The notes beneath the pieces were generated by a model, which was not told where the DNA came from, did no database searches, and worked only from the letters and a program-made list of their open reading frames with translations. A stretch of 63,671 bases of DNA, counting the filler, from Salisapilia sapeloensis CBS 127946 (Eukaryota > Protista > Oomycota), in assembly GCA_023334545.1 (NCBI GenBank). It is 6 parts of 6 records of this genome, joined end to end, with 100 filler letters (N's around TTAATTAATTAA, not from the genome) between each part and the next. Parts side by side here need not be neighbours in the genome. Positions count along the whole stretch, not along the records: positions 18,749 to 34,337 come from JAADVB010000364.1; 5 more parts are not named here. The stretch is one strand, 5' to 3'. Positions 22,001 through 33,131 of the stretch are shown here, piece by piece. Every line of letters starts with the position of its first letter. The first letter of the stretch is position 1. The position numbers and the translations under genes are program-made.

Positions 22001-24029
22001 GCGTCCAGTCACTCGTACTGAGCTCCTCTACCATAATGTGTGCAGCCCCTAGAAGCATCTTCATCGCATGCACCTCTCGCCAACTGATCATGACGTCAAA
22101 ACCTGTGCTCGTACTAGACACGCTACTCTCTTGATAGTACGCAGCGATGAGTTCAATGCCATTATCATTCACGATCGTTTCTTCATCAACGTCCTGGACG
22201 GACTGAGGTGGAGGGAAAGCAAACCAACAAAGTGCTCGAAGGTTACCTACTAGCACGTACTCCATCTTTGTCTCTCGATCTCCTCCGACCGTGTCTTTCG
22301 ATCGCAAGTGAGAAGCAGTGGTGGCGAGTAGATGGAACGACTTGAGAGCAAGCGTGATGATGTCTACTTCTCGACAGTGACGCATCGTACCGTTCATCGA
22401 GTGCATGATATACGGAGCGATATCGTCGACGCAATCAACGGCACAAGTACTCCAATCGGATGATACCTCAGGATCTTTTGAAAGCTCCATCAAGGACGAG
22501 AGTAGGTTGTTCTGACATGTAACAGCGATACGAATAGCGCTAAAGAACTGTTGCAACGGAGGTGGCTCCTGGTCATTCAAGTGCTCCAGTCCAGAGCGAG
22601 GAAGAGGTGGAGGAGCATCACTTCCAACATGAGGACGAAAGTCAGTAGCAGGAGACGTGGCGATGACTGATGCTGTCGCTTGCGCTATTTTCGATAGCAA
22701 CGGATCTTTGAAAGAAGTCATGGCAGCGACTGTCGCTTCGTCTGCACAGACGCGATTTAAGACTTCAAGAGCGAGGAACGCTTGCCACGTGACAAAGTTC
22801 AGCGTCATGCTCGTTCCGTTGGTGGAATTCGCATGCTTCACGCTCTCCATAAAGTTCTTTGCGTCTGCTGCAGAAGTATCTTCAGACTCATGAGGTGTCG
22901 TCGGTTGATAGTCGCCAGTAGAAACGATTTGAATGAGACTCCGGACGATGCTAGCACACTCTTGCTCGAGATACTCACTCAAGTAACAAAGAACGACGTT
23001 GGCGAGACGCATCACACGAACAAGCATAGGAAAGAATGGAGTGGGACCACTCGTGTGCTGACTCCCACTCCCACTGCTACTACTATTAAAGCTACCGATC
23101 GTCAGACCGCTCGAAGCATTCGCGACACTTGTGGCGTGCGCATGGCCGTATCTATCGGAGCATCCAGACTGGAGAGCCGATTGGATGACGAGTCGAATCT
23201 GCTGGCGAAGGACAGTCTGGAGGTCTGTGTCGCTCTTAAAAGTCGCGTGGTGGGAAGCCAGAATCGCTTCCACAAGCTCCACACCCAGTGCTGCGGTCAT
23301 GGGCGATCGAGCGGTGCCTTTCAGCTTCATACCGTTCTCCTCTCGACTGATAAAGCATAGCTCCTGGAGAACGAGAATGCCAACATGCTTGGCTTCGGCA
23401 TTAGTCGTCACGGTATCGAATGCTAGCGATACGACCTGCCGGACCGTCACGGCTGCCGTGTTGCCCACCACAGAACTAACGTGGCTGCTGGTGGCATGCA
23501 AATGGAAGCAGATCCAGATAGCTTGTAAGACCAAATCTTCCTTTTCACCCTCCAATGTCTGCATCTCGTTCTGTGCTGCTTTACTAGATGAACTCGCCTT
23601 ACTCTCTGCTTCATATGCCAACGTCACTAGCTGCAATAACGTCTGGAGCAACTTGACCTGGACGTCTGCATGCGTCGTCTTCTCCGCTTGGAGCTGGAGC
23701 ACGCGCATGATACTTCCGACACTGGACGGCGCGACAGCGTCCCAACTTACCAGTCGTTGGATACCTGCGAGTGCCAAGGATGTGACTTTATGAGATGCAT
23801 TCGTGTGGTTACAAGCAAGTAGAAAAGGTCGTAAGACGACATCATTGCGAAATAGCGGGTCCCCTGGACCTGGTCGCCGTTCCGTGCGTACTCGAGCCGC
23901 ATACTCTTGCTGTAGTTGCGGAAGGACCTCGGATGCCTTATCCACTGCTTCTTTCACGACTGGAAACTTTCTCCGAATCTCGTGTCGAAGTGCCTGGAGG
24001 TCATCCGCGATAAATCGGAGGAAATCCAT
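19023..24029 (-). CDS. MON2: MON2 (Sec7-family/ARM-repeat endosome-Golgi trafficking scaffold), intronless
   Basis: N-terminus 'DFLRFIADDLQALRHEIRRKFPVVKEA', DCB 'LRPFLLACN...LAGIQRLV' and 'QVKLLQTLLQL'; later 'DVNISLTAVNALW', 'DGRAEVRNCALDTLF' and 'KQWDESRVLLLAG'. Confidence 0.92.
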   Translation of the reverse strand: MDFLRFIADDLQALRHEIRRKFPVVKEAVDKASEVLPQLQQEYAARVRTERRPGPGDPLFRNDVVLRPFLLACNHTNASHKVTSLALAGIQRLVSWDAVAPSSVGSIMRVLQLQAEKTTHADVQVKLLQTLLQLVTLAYEAESKASSSSKAAQNEMQTLEGEKEDLVLQAIWICFHLHATSSHVSSVVGNTAAVTVRQVVSLAFDTVTTNAEAKHVGILVLQELCFISREENGMKLKGTARSPMTAALGVELVEAILASHHATFKSDTDLQTVLRQQIRLVIQSALQSGCSDRYGHAHATSVANASSGLTIGSFNSSSSGSGSQHTSGPTPFFPMLVRVMRLANVVLCYLSEYLEQECASIVRSLIQIVSTGDYQPTTPHESEDTSAADAKNFMESVKHANSTNGTSMTLNFVTWQAFLALEVLNRVCADEATVAAMTSFKDPLLSKIAQATASVIATSPATDFRPHVGSDAPPPLPRSGLEHLNDQEPPPLQQFFSAIRIAVTCQNNLLSSLMELSKDPEVSSDWSTCAVDCVDDIAPYIMHSMNGTMRHCREVDIITLALKSFHLLATTASHLRSKDTVGGDRETKMEYVLVGNLRALCWFAFPPPQSVQDVDEETIVNDNGIELIAAYYQESSVSSTSTGFDVMISWREVHAMKMLLGAAHIMVEELSTSDWTLVLEAFEVTMGLTDSRQRNGHFKLPVKDTGIRALKLHNEDVEQQLVMLGKTVDEFFQKVLQLSSEAHAQLLAALSKVFRKQTCVPSLMREDKDLWKRTSSSTSVDKVIPPSFVDTEYHLHVYQTYLGIGLSGSSGFLPPLSLRKLITLSACSKTCFDKVTSELVAIATFVPVSQDVTLPLLPQLQTYVTDNILQLMQNALLQPGDSKEFDQKEVFQPLQTLTHSDMRDRMLNAMLDLLNACGHLIATGWPLIFDAIRQAGELGEAKTQVVAFKCLRLIVDDLLSAAPSEHVPNCVLCVSRFATCAKDVNISLTAVNALWSVADILGKRQEESSSTWQCLFQELSSIALDGRAEVRNCALDTLFGLAVTYGSQFSFDVWQLFIDTTVLPLAEKLRNGSVDGSEAKAATPKGGFVMHHSRDSSEKQWDESRVLLLAGIGRVFHTNSHHLLSRTTWISSVWTRLLDHISQSAARGSSKEVVLTAITTLQTLLQVASMSDLDASSVHNGVRVGTGMRVVDGALVPSSSSQVNKRPSATKPKVERDPALWQNTFHVLLHLCQNRRPEKEPAWKDESWREEDEQEIASAVVAVIIKVYVQCKEHEFKDERNVRRILDLFEALLTRHVLRADTSSKVISVGTNSLQSRVLNAFEECESFAAHPGVHSKVVAQMVKYIAIASAQNLPFFTRHALITMAKLYASVSPTAQNDEFLSVLSCVRPFLYGNAQSYSDQSGTTLNPAAQKAVTQLWKHALQVLLVLISQGLSAVQLRRDCWQPLLETVERFLRLGSGRMPSVVEGEEDETLVLGVLECLVDTAIALLDEPSLESSTSPSKDEKQESMAFYDDLMRQLSDGIQSSKYHKAIVASCVRQLNTLAIQQQGPWLAARARHSMVECCNLVLEQYVADAKAFHSKDLVRGGTNGRQSSESTTKERLVVMLKSASEVQLSAPNVLVMYRALCKCITTSDSDVRDLVQRLLLSGQVSEYCLELISIHGENAAL

Positions 24030-24387
24030 GTTGAGGACGCGTTTGATGCCGAGGTCGGATGCTGCGACGATTGAAAAATCATGTACGGTAGTACTAGTAC
24101 CTCGAAACGTCGTGGAGCTGCAGCTCTACTTGACACAAGCTACGAAGGATTTACATAGTACCTGATTCCTCTGGCTCTGTATCTACTTGTAAGTACGTGG
24201 AACTAGTGATGGGTATGTGTCAACGGTGGTCCATTAGGAATCCAGGAAGAGTGACATGCTACCTAGGATTTGCACTGGAATCCGGATGGTTATGGATATC
24301 TATCGTTGCGTTTGCTATGTATTGGTTTGTCATTATCTATCTTGCTTCCAAGCAAAGAAAGAACGAGCTTGTTACCACAAAGTAATC

Positions 24388-26286
24388 ATGAATCGTACTA
24401 GTCAGTTTCCACGCCTGAACTACGAGCCGTACCCTTCTGTCGTATCATCTGAAGGTGGTTACAGCTACCTGAATACCCGTGACGATTGTTCCCAGCGTCC
24501 TGTCCATCTCTCGGATGAAGAATTGGAACAACAAGTGCTCTGTGCGGCTGCAGACTTGGACTGGGACTCCTTGTGGAGGAACGTATCGACGTGGCGAAAG
24601 CAAAGTGTCGAAGGAGATTTCATCGTGTACACACGTCATGATGAGGGATTTAACTCGGTGGTTGCTGGAGGTATCATTCCATGCTCGCTTAGCGAGATGA
24701 TGCAGCTCCTTTGGCCTCAAAATGCAGGGACGTTACCAGATGCCATGTCAGACGTATTGGGCACCAGCTATCGTTACGGAGCTACTGTACATCGTCTTAC
24801 TTCCCACAACAGACAGCTACTGCAAGATGATGACTTTGACATCACAGTCAAGCGCTTGACATTTAGCAATAGCAACCGATTTGCCAAGCGAGGTCAATGG
24901 GACTATGTAGACTACTACTCCTCTCGAGCTGATGGCAAAGGCTTCCTGGTTACCATCGTAAGTCTACGACCAGAAGATATGACTATAAATGGCCGTCGCT
25001 CCAAGTATAAACTCCTACATGGCATCCGAGCAACGTATTCTGTCATGACAGAACCATCATCACGTAGCGTCCGTGTCGTCTTCTACGGTCACGCTCCTGA
25101 CACAACCCCTCGTAGCAGTATCAATGGTAATTCTCCATCATACGCTTCCACGAAAGCACTTAAAGCTCGAGTAGTAGAGATGGCCAAGGCGATAAGTCGG
25201 TTTCCCATGGTCATTCGTCGCAACCGACTACGATCTGAACACTTGGGCGACCGCTTTATCATCAAGCTAACCAATCCATGGTGCTCTGTGTGCGGACGAG
25301 CGATCAAGTTTCTATACAACGTGAACTGCCGTTTATGTGGATACCTCGTTTGCACTCCATGCTGCTTAAAGCAGGAAGTTAGTACATCAGCAGGACGTAT
25401 TCGTCGTGAAAGTATATGTCGTCGATGTATTCAACAAGTAGATGATAACGGTGCAGACACTCTACGTGCACGATGTGATACAGAATTCACTTCCGACATG
25501 TTACCACTGCATGAACGACCTGGAGAACGATTTGGACAGAATCGTCGTCTCTTTCGCAATTCTTATAGAGGTAGAGATACAAGTGCAGCCTCTTCTAACA
25601 ATAATCAATCTGGACAAACGAATGAATCCCGTCGTGCTCAACGATCGAGTCGTACATCACATGTCAGAACGAGTATTGTGGAAAATGAGTCGAGTCTAGT
25701 GCAGACAACTGAAGATGTAGAGCAGTCAGCAGTGACTAGTTTCCATTCCTTTCACTATTTTAACCACGATGAAGATAGTAGTGGTGAATCTCCCAATTTT
25801 CCTACTTCTCAGGATGAAGCTCAGCGCATTGATATCATCCAAAAATACCATCTCGCGCAGCTCTATGACTTGGCAGAGCTGGATATCATTTGCTCCCTTG
25901 CTGCAGAAGAGCTTCAATGCACCCTCGGTATCCTCGTGATCGTAGATGCATCCATTGCTCATGTCATTGCATCAACGTCGAAACGAGTCACGGGAAGTGC
26001 CATCTCACGAAACGAAGTCTTTTGCTCTTATACGATCTCAAGCACCAAGCCATTCTTTGTACGCCATGCCCAGTCGGACATTCGCTTTTCACGCAACTGG
26101 TTCGCGCGTCAAGGCTACAGTTTCTATTGTGGGTTTCCAGTCATGTTGTCAGATGGTCTTCCAGTCGGAACACTCGCTTGTCTCGATCATTGTGCGCATG
26201 AGGTCTCGCCCGCTCAGCATCTCGCCATGGAGAATTTAGCCACGACCGCATCGAAAACCATTCTCGCGCATTCAGTTCCTTTATAG
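24388..26286 (+). CDS. START-like / FYVE-type zinc finger / GAF protein (paralogue 1)
   Basis: Eight-Cys FYVE-type finger 'CSVC...CRLCGYLVCTPC...CRRC'; C-terminal GAF 'ELDIICSLAAEELQC...FCSYTI...FYCGFPV...GTLACLD'; the N-terminal region resembles the oomycete START-like domain. Start placed at MNRTSQF. Confidence 0.85.
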   Translation: MNRTSQFPRLNYEPYPSVVSSEGGYSYLNTRDDCSQRPVHLSDEELEQQVLCAAADLDWDSLWRNVSTWRKQSVEGDFIVYTRHDEGFNSVVAGGIIPCSLSEMMQLLWPQNAGTLPDAMSDVLGTSYRYGATVHRLTSHNRQLLQDDDFDITVKRLTFSNSNRFAKRGQWDYVDYYSSRADGKGFLVTIVSLRPEDMTINGRRSKYKLLHGIRATYSVMTEPSSRSVRVVFYGHAPDTTPRSSINGNSPSYASTKALKARVVEMAKAISRFPMVIRRNRLRSEHLGDRFIIKLTNPWCSVCGRAIKFLYNVNCRLCGYLVCTPCCLKQEVSTSAGRIRRESICRRCIQQVDDNGADTLRARCDTEFTSDMLPLHERPGERFGQNRRLFRNSYRGRDTSAASSNNNQSGQTNESRRAQRSSRTSHVRTSIVENESSLVQTTEDVEQSAVTSFHSFHYFNHDEDSSGESPNFPTSQDEAQRIDIIQKYHLAQLYDLAELDIICSLAAEELQCTLGILVIVDASIAHVIASTSKRVTGSAISRNEVFCSYTISSTKPFFVRHAQSDIRFSRNWFARQGYSFYCGFPVMLSDGLPVGTLACLDHCAHEVSPAQHLAMENLATTASKTILAHSVPL

Positions 26287-26375
26287 CCGACACTCGAACC
26301 ACTTGACCTCAAGGATCTGCTCTAAATTTTTGCTCTTAGGTCAAAGAAATTCATTTTTATGTTATATTAAATCTT

Positions 26376-28130
26376 TTATTCCTTCTCATGTTTCTTTTCA
26401 TCATGGACTTTTAGTATCTTGGAAGCACTTCGCGTAAGGCTATTCATCATCTCGTACTGATCCGAATCGAGCTGCCGTTCAAATGTATCGACACAGCAAA
26501 GTGTCCCGATAACAATTCCATCGTCATTGGCAATCTCGAAGCTGCAAAAGAAATTCAGACGCGTAAAGACCTTTGGTGTTTTGCGTTCATCCTTCTCTAT
26601 CTGCTTGATGGACACGCCAGCAGCGTCGAGGAGTAAATGATCGAGTCCGAGCTGCTCATAGCTTTTAAAAGTCCGACCGCGTAGACTCTTGAGGTTGGTC
26701 GCCATGACATGAAAAACTCCATCTCGAAGCACTGTGACGAAAGATCCTGTACACTGTAGCTCTTTACAGGCAAGAGAAATGATGATACCGAGCTCTGGTA
26801 TATCACATGTAGTGCGAGTTGTCGGCAAAGACGTCCCGTCGACCGCCATAACATGCGTGCGACATCTGGCAGACTCGGTCAAAATGTTATCCAGACTGCT
26901 GCTTGGTAAATTTCGTCCAGCATGTGCACCGCTGTAGGTTCGATGACATTTATCTCGTGCCTCTGATTGCTGAACCACTGTTCCAGGTCCGATGGATGCA
27001 TGGATATCTACTGTATCCTCTCGACTTGAATTCGTAGTACGATTGCTCATGGAAACTTCGATCATCGAGTTTGGAGCTTGTCTTTCAGATCGTCTTTCGC
27101 AGCGAAGACAAACGAGAACGTGGTCAACTAGACGTCGGTCCACGACCTCTCTTTCTTTCCATTTGATACAAGCTCTGCACATGGCATATTGGCAAATACA
27201 GCATACTGCTCGCTTACTTGTTCGTAGTGATCCTAAGCAGCAGTTGCACGCCACGTTCTTTACTCTTGCGACTGCCATCGGATGCATAGATAGGTAGTAC
27301 CCAAAGCGACGACGGCTAATAACGGACGAAAGGAGATTACAAGACTTTGCGAGCTCTATCATTCGGTTTTTGATCACTCTTGACGATGCAGCATGCGCCT
27401 TCTTCTTCGAATCACGAAGGTGAACACAATAGAAGGTGACTCTAGTGATGGTCGCATTATCAAAGTCACACTGTTGCAGTAGGTAGCTTACGATGGTGTT
27501 GTGAGCATACCGCCCTTTGTTGCTGTTCTTATCCGTACGTCGATTACGAAGCGTATCGTCCGGATCGAGTGTCGTTATGACTCTTGAAATCGATTGACGA
27601 TGTGAATCATGCAATTGGTAATCCAAGTAGCACCATCGTTCTGGATTTTGAAAGACTAATGGCTTTGCAAAGTCAGCAGTAGCGACACAGATACTAGGAT
27701 TCATTTCAGTCGTGCTCGACGATTCAGATGCAGCAAACCGGACGTGTTTTTCCCACGGCCCAGCTTCCTGAATGGCCTCTGAAGGCACTTGATGGACAAG
27801 GTTTCCATATCGAAAGCCTTTTCCCCACATGATTGGCATCGCATAAGTATACTGCTGTGGATCTGTCGTTGATAATATCGAAGCTAGCTCCATTAAAGAG
27901 CATCGCAAGTCCAGACGCAGTCGTACAGATATGAAATTCAGTCGCTCTTGGAAATGCACAAGTCCTTTGTTCTCTTGCTCACGTCCAGCCGATCGTGCTT
28001 GAAGCGTATTCCAAGGAATAAGTGATGCAGCTAGCTTTGCTTCTTGAATGAGTGCATCATCAGACATGGGAAGCGGAGTCGAGTACACGTCATTCTGTCC
28101 ATCTGCATGCTTCTCATCCTTTGTGGTCAT
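26376..28130 (-). CDS. START-like / FYVE-type zinc finger / GAF protein (paralogue 2)
   Basis: 'CNCC...CCICQYAMCRAC...CLRC'; GAF 'ELGIIISLACKELQC...FFCSFEI...IGTLCCVD'. Same architecture as the convergent neighbour. Confidence 0.8.
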   Translation of the reverse strand: MTTKDEKHADGQNDVYSTPLPMSDDALIQEAKLAASLIPWNTLQARSAGREQENKGLVHFQERLNFISVRLRLDLRCSLMELASILSTTDPQQYTYAMPIMWGKGFRYGNLVHQVPSEAIQEAGPWEKHVRFAASESSSTTEMNPSICVATADFAKPLVFQNPERWCYLDYQLHDSHRQSISRVITTLDPDDTLRNRRTDKNSNKGRYAHNTIVSYLLQQCDFDNATITRVTFYCVHLRDSKKKAHAASSRVIKNRMIELAKSCNLLSSVISRRRFGYYLSMHPMAVARVKNVACNCCLGSLRTSKRAVCCICQYAMCRACIKWKEREVVDRRLVDHVLVCLRCERRSERQAPNSMIEVSMSNRTTNSSREDTVDIHASIGPGTVVQQSEARDKCHRTYSGAHAGRNLPSSSLDNILTESARCRTHVMAVDGTSLPTTRTTCDIPELGIIISLACKELQCTGSFVTVLRDGVFHVMATNLKSLRGRTFKSYEQLGLDHLLLDAAGVSIKQIEKDERKTPKVFTRLNFFCSFEIANDDGIVIGTLCCVDTFERQLDSDQYEMMNSLTRSASKILKVHDEKKHEKE

Positions 28131-28481
28131 GATCGAAACAAAGACAAATTTAATAATGATACAGCAACGACCGGAAGAACGAAGTGTAAGCGATATCTGG
28201 CGATGCACAACAACCGGACAGGATCCAGAGGCCGTCGCACGAGAACACGATTCGAAGACAACGAACGAGATGACTCAGCAATGTCTTGTGCTTCATTACT
28301 TTATTCTACAAATCTTGCGCCTTACTTGCTCGAAACGAGACATACAGACCAAAAGCGACATATCCAGCTTCCACCAGATACAAATGTACTCATTACATCT
28401 CCAAAAGATCACATAATGCCACACATGGTTTCTCGTCCATTTTAGTCGAATCGATCATCCAAGGACCTCGTATCGAGCAAG

Positions 28482-30772
28482 ATGTCGCGACATAGAGACA
28501 TTCGAAACCGTGCTTATTCATATGAAGATTACGACGACTATGACTATTACTCAGAGGAAGAAGCGAATTCACCAACAGCTAGTAAAACTATCTTGATATC
28601 GAATATATCTCGCATCGAGTCTAATGATCATCTACGTATGGTTCAGATGAGTTCATGTACCATCGAGATTCACCCAACCAACAGCGATCGGTTTTTTCAT
28701 TTACAGAGCAACCTCCTGCAGCCTCGTCTTCAGATCAGGCGGATGATACAGGTAAGTAATCGACTTCCTACACGTCTCATTCGATAGTAGACTCATGAAT
28801 CGAGTACTGGATAGAAATCATTGCGAGCATGCTACCGCAGGTAAAAGCTGCCGTTGGGACCAAGTTCACAGACGATCAAATAGCGGAAGAGCTACGTACT
28901 TCCAACTATGACGTCAGCACGACGGTCATCGATCTCCTCGAACGAGCCAAGACGACGTCTCCACGACGTATCTATTATTCTACCTCATAATGTACTCTGT
29001 GCTCATGTGATTATGTAGGTGGTAATCTCCCTCTCCAAGTTCCCATGCCGAACCTCGAGTCCGTTGCTTCTCAAATCGATAGCGAAGGCAGCAAGAGTAC
29101 CGCCACGACAACTGCCATTGGATCGAATCCTCCTGTCGCTAAGACAGCAGCAATTGGAGGTACTCTTCCTGTCGCCAAGACTGCTGCCATCGGAGGCACT
29201 CCGGCTCCTAGTCCACCTCGTAAGACCGTGACAGAAGCTCCGATCGTCCCAGAAGCTAAGCCATCGACATCGTCTCAGTCAGCTCAGTTCACACCGCATG
29301 AGCTCAAGCAATTTGAAAAGCAAGAAGCCAAGACACAAGAGGCTTGTGTCCGTATGCTTGAGCAAGAGTCTGAGACGAATGCCAAGACGCGACTCAACAT
29401 GGTCGTCGTCGGCCACGTCGACGCAGGCAAGAGCACCATCACCGGCCACTTGCTCTACAAGCTTGGGTACGTCAGTCAGAAGATGATGCACAAGTTCAAG
29501 AAAGATTCCGACGCTGTTGGCAAGTCTTCTTTTGCCTACGCATGGGTCATGGACGCCGACGACGAAGAGGTATTATCTATCCATCTTCCTCCTTTCCATA
29601 TCTCTAGCTAACGACCTCGTAGCGCACGAGAGGAGTGACCATGGACGTCGGCACGAGCTACTTTGAAACCGAGACGAAGAGCGTTACGCTACTCGATGCT
29701 CCTGGCCACAAGGACTTTATCCCGAAGATGATTGCTGGGGCGACACAGGCCGATGTCGCTGTCCTCGTCGTTCCTGCCGTCACTGGAGAATTCGAAGCTG
29801 CGTTCGAGAACTCGGGACAGACAAAGGAACATACTCTCCTCATCCGTAGCTTAGGCGTCACTCAGCTCATCGTCGCTGTCAACAAGATGGACGCGGTACT
29901 CTCCTTCCTACTAGTCTACCACTGCATAAACTTATATGTTCTTCCTATAGGTCGAATGGAGTCAAGAGCGCTTCGATGGGATCGTCGCGTCCATGACGAC
30001 GTTCCTTAAGGGTGCAGGGTTTAAAGAATCCAAAGTCTGGTTTATCCCTGTGAGTGGCATCAGTGGCGCCAACTTGGATGAAAAGGTAGATGCAGGTGCA
30101 TGTAGCTGGTATGATGGTCCGTCGCTAGTAAAAGCCATCGATCGCTTCTCTCCTCCAGCGAGGCAGACCGCAAAGCCTTTCCGTATGAGCATTTCGGACG
30201 TTTCCAAGTCCATGAGCTTAGGCCTGACGCTCTCTGGTCGAGTCAACGCCGGAGCTGCGTCGGTCGGTGACACCTTCCTCTTCATGCCCGTCACCATGCC
30301 GCTCACGATCAAGGGCATGGAGCAGAACGGTCAGGCCATCACGCTCGCCAAGGCCGGCGACAGTGTCGACATTGGTGTCTCCGGCATCGATCCATCAGCC
30401 TTGAGCACCGGCAGCATTCTCTGCTCTGTTCCAAACCCCGTGCGTCTCGTAAAGCGTTTCGAAGCGAAGATCATGACGATGCCGGCGGTGGAAGTTCCGA
30501 TCGTCAAAGGCACGAGCTTGACGCTCCACATCCATAACGTCGATGAACCAGTGAATGTCACGCGACTTGTGAGTCTCTTGAACAAGACTGGTGAAGTCCA
30601 GAAAAAGAAACCTCGGTGCATTACAAAAGAGACGTCGGCCGTCGTGCAGATCACATCCCACCGTCGCATCTGTCTTGAAACCTTCTCAGACTATCGTCAA
30701 CTAGGACGCTTCACCCTCCGTGATCGCGGCACGACACTTGCTGCTGGTGTCGTTACCGAAGTGCTTCGCTAA
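28482..30772 (+). CDS. HBS1: HBS1-like translational GTPase (multi-exon)
   Basis: N-terminus '[19 protein letters not shown]'; G1 'GHVDAGKST', '[11 protein letters not shown]', G3 'LDAPGHKDF', 'TKEHTLL', G4 'NKMD'; C-terminus '[16 protein letters not shown]'. Confidence 0.92.
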
Positions 30773-30821
30773 GGAAAAAGAAAATAAACACTCTAGGATC
30801 TCATGAACTCTTTTTTATGTC

Positions 30822-32275
30822 TTAAGGCTTGAGCTCTGCTAGTTCATCATCTTCCTGTAGCTGCTGCACAATGTCCAAACCGCCAATGAGTTCGCCTTGG
30901 ACGTACAATTGCGGATACGTCGGCCAGTTCGAGTACTTTTTCAACCCCTGGCGAACATTGTCATCCGATAAAATGTCAAAGTAATCGTATTGGAAGCCAG
31001 CAGCATTGAGAATGTCCACGAGCTGTCGACTGAAGCCACATTGAGGAGATGATGGGGAACCCTTGATGAATATCATCACGGGCGCACGGTTGATCAGTTG
31101 CTCGTACTTGTTCTCGCGACGAGCTTTCTTCGCGACACCGAGCTCTGTGCTCAAGTCGCCTTCTTCCGCCATCTCGGTGAGAATATCGAGGCCACCGATG
31201 AGCTTCCCTTTCACGTACAACTGAGGGAAAGTAGGCCAGTTCGAGAACGTCTTGAGTCCCTGTCGAACTTGCTCGTCGCTGAGAATGTCAAAGGAACTGA
31301 ATGGGATCTGATGCTCTCGCAAGAGCGCTACTGTCTTGCGACTAAAGCCACAACGAGGCTCCTGTGGCGTGCCTTTCATAAAGAGCAGGACGGGCGCAGA
31401 GTTCACTAGCGAGCGAAGACTGTCCTGCAGCGCTGCTTCCCCATCCTCCACGTTCTTCGTCAGCTCTAATTGCTCTGCTAAAGAACCCTCGGTCTATTAT
31501 AAACGCACATTAGATATATTCCAGAGTTATGTTAGCATAGGAGCGTACTTTCATCTCGTTCAGAATGTCTAGACCACCGATGAGAGATCCGTTGACATAG
31601 AGCTGAGGGTACGTCGGCCAGTTCGAATACTCTTTTAGCCCTTGACGGACTTCATTATCCTGAAGAATGTCAAACGTTCCGTACTGGATACGCTCTTCAT
31701 TCAACAGAGCAATGACCTTGCGACTGAAGCCACACTTTGGCTCACTCGGATTGCCTTTCATGAACACCATGACCGGCGAAGCGCTATACAAGAGCATGAG
31801 TACGAGGTGGCTAGTATACATACAATGAAACCTACTTGATCAGCTTTTGCAGACGGTACTCTAGAGCTTCATCAACTGACTTGGAACCACTGCTATCAGT
31901 GATAGAAGCCGGTTCGGCTGGCTTATTCACCAGACTTTTGCTCAAGACGTCCACTCGCCTCGCAAGCTCCGAGACGTCTGCGCCTTCCAGCTTCTCTAGC
32001 ACCGCTCGGCCTTGAGAGACCACAAAGGTGGGCACGACAGCCACTTGGAATCGCTCGGAAAGCTCCGGCTGATCTTCGGCAGCGATTTTGAGAAAGCGGA
32101 TGCGAGGATGGAGCGTCGCGAGCTGTTTAAAGACGACGTCGAGCGGACCATTGGGTGCACATAGCTCTTGGAAATCTGCCCAGAAGAATGCTATGGATAG
32201 GGTGGTATCACGAGCCGTGAGCTCGTCGAATTGAGCCTCATTCTCAATGTCTACTACGCTGCCAACGGATGACAT
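30822..32275 (-). CDS. GLRX3: Multidomain monothiol glutaredoxin: Trx-like domain + three CGFS Grx domains (GLRX3/GRXS17 type)
   Basis: Trx-like exon '[10 protein letters not shown]...FQVAVVPTF'; three 'MKG.P..P.CGFSR...DIL....VRQGLK..SNWPT.PQLY' domains; GT-AG introns. Confidence 0.93.
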
Positions 32276-32679
32276 GCTTTCTTCGTTTAACTTGTTCGTT
32301 GTTAATGTCGAGAGTATACTCAGTGCAAGTAATAAACGAATGGCTCTTTTAGATCGAGAAAAGTTTTTAGTCGATTGGATAAAAGTACATATGATCTTTG
32401 ATATTTGTTAACATATTCGATAGGTTTTATTTGTCTCGATGTAAGTAAAGAGCTCAAAGTGAAAAAAAGTGGCCGTTTCTTGATAAAATAGCTAAGTATT
32501 AGATTTATTTTTTATATTTTGATAGTCGCAAAGTCGATGTAAATAAGCATACTATCAGCCTTCTATCTAAAAACATGCCATGACATCCTGCTACATATCC
32601 GCTATCGTCAAAGATGCATAAGATCAGTAGTCGCGTTGTTGGACTTGCGCAATCACACAGCACATGTCGAATACTGAAA

Positions 32680-32703
32680 GAAAGCTAGAAAGCTAGAAAG
32701 CTA
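32680..32703. repeat. Short tandem repeat (GAAAGCTA)x3
   Basis: Read directly in the AT-rich spacer between the Grx and KstD-like genes. Confidence 0.8.
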
Positions 32704-33131
32704 AATGGCTACGAGAGTAGGCCTGAAAGTTTTATGACTCCCTCTTGCTTTCTCTATACTTGTACAACTTGACTTTAGCCAACATGACTGGAAGCCTGGA
32801 TGAGGCTGACTGCATCGAAAGACTCGACTGACGCCAGAATGTGCAATAACGAGAACACGAAATGTGCAAGTAGACTAGATAGCAACTTATTCAATCCATG
32901 CTTTCTTTATACTACGGAAGTCATAAGTGTCTTGTCCTCTGTGGTGACCGGATTTAACAGGGATCGCTGTCTAATTAGTACAAAAGACTGGGAATTGAAC
33001 CAGCAACGTAAAAACGGCACTCAAGTGTATCTGATACACAGCTGGGTATCGAGGGATCCGTTTGTTCCCTTTGAATGCTTGTTCGTACGGGAAATTCAGT
33101 GCTATTGACGTTTTTGCCGGCGAACACCAAG

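Noticed and set aside
29132-29203. Duplicated 12-aa unit [11 protein letters not shown](L/P) in HBS1
   Set aside because: Ordinary slippage in the variable N-terminal linker.
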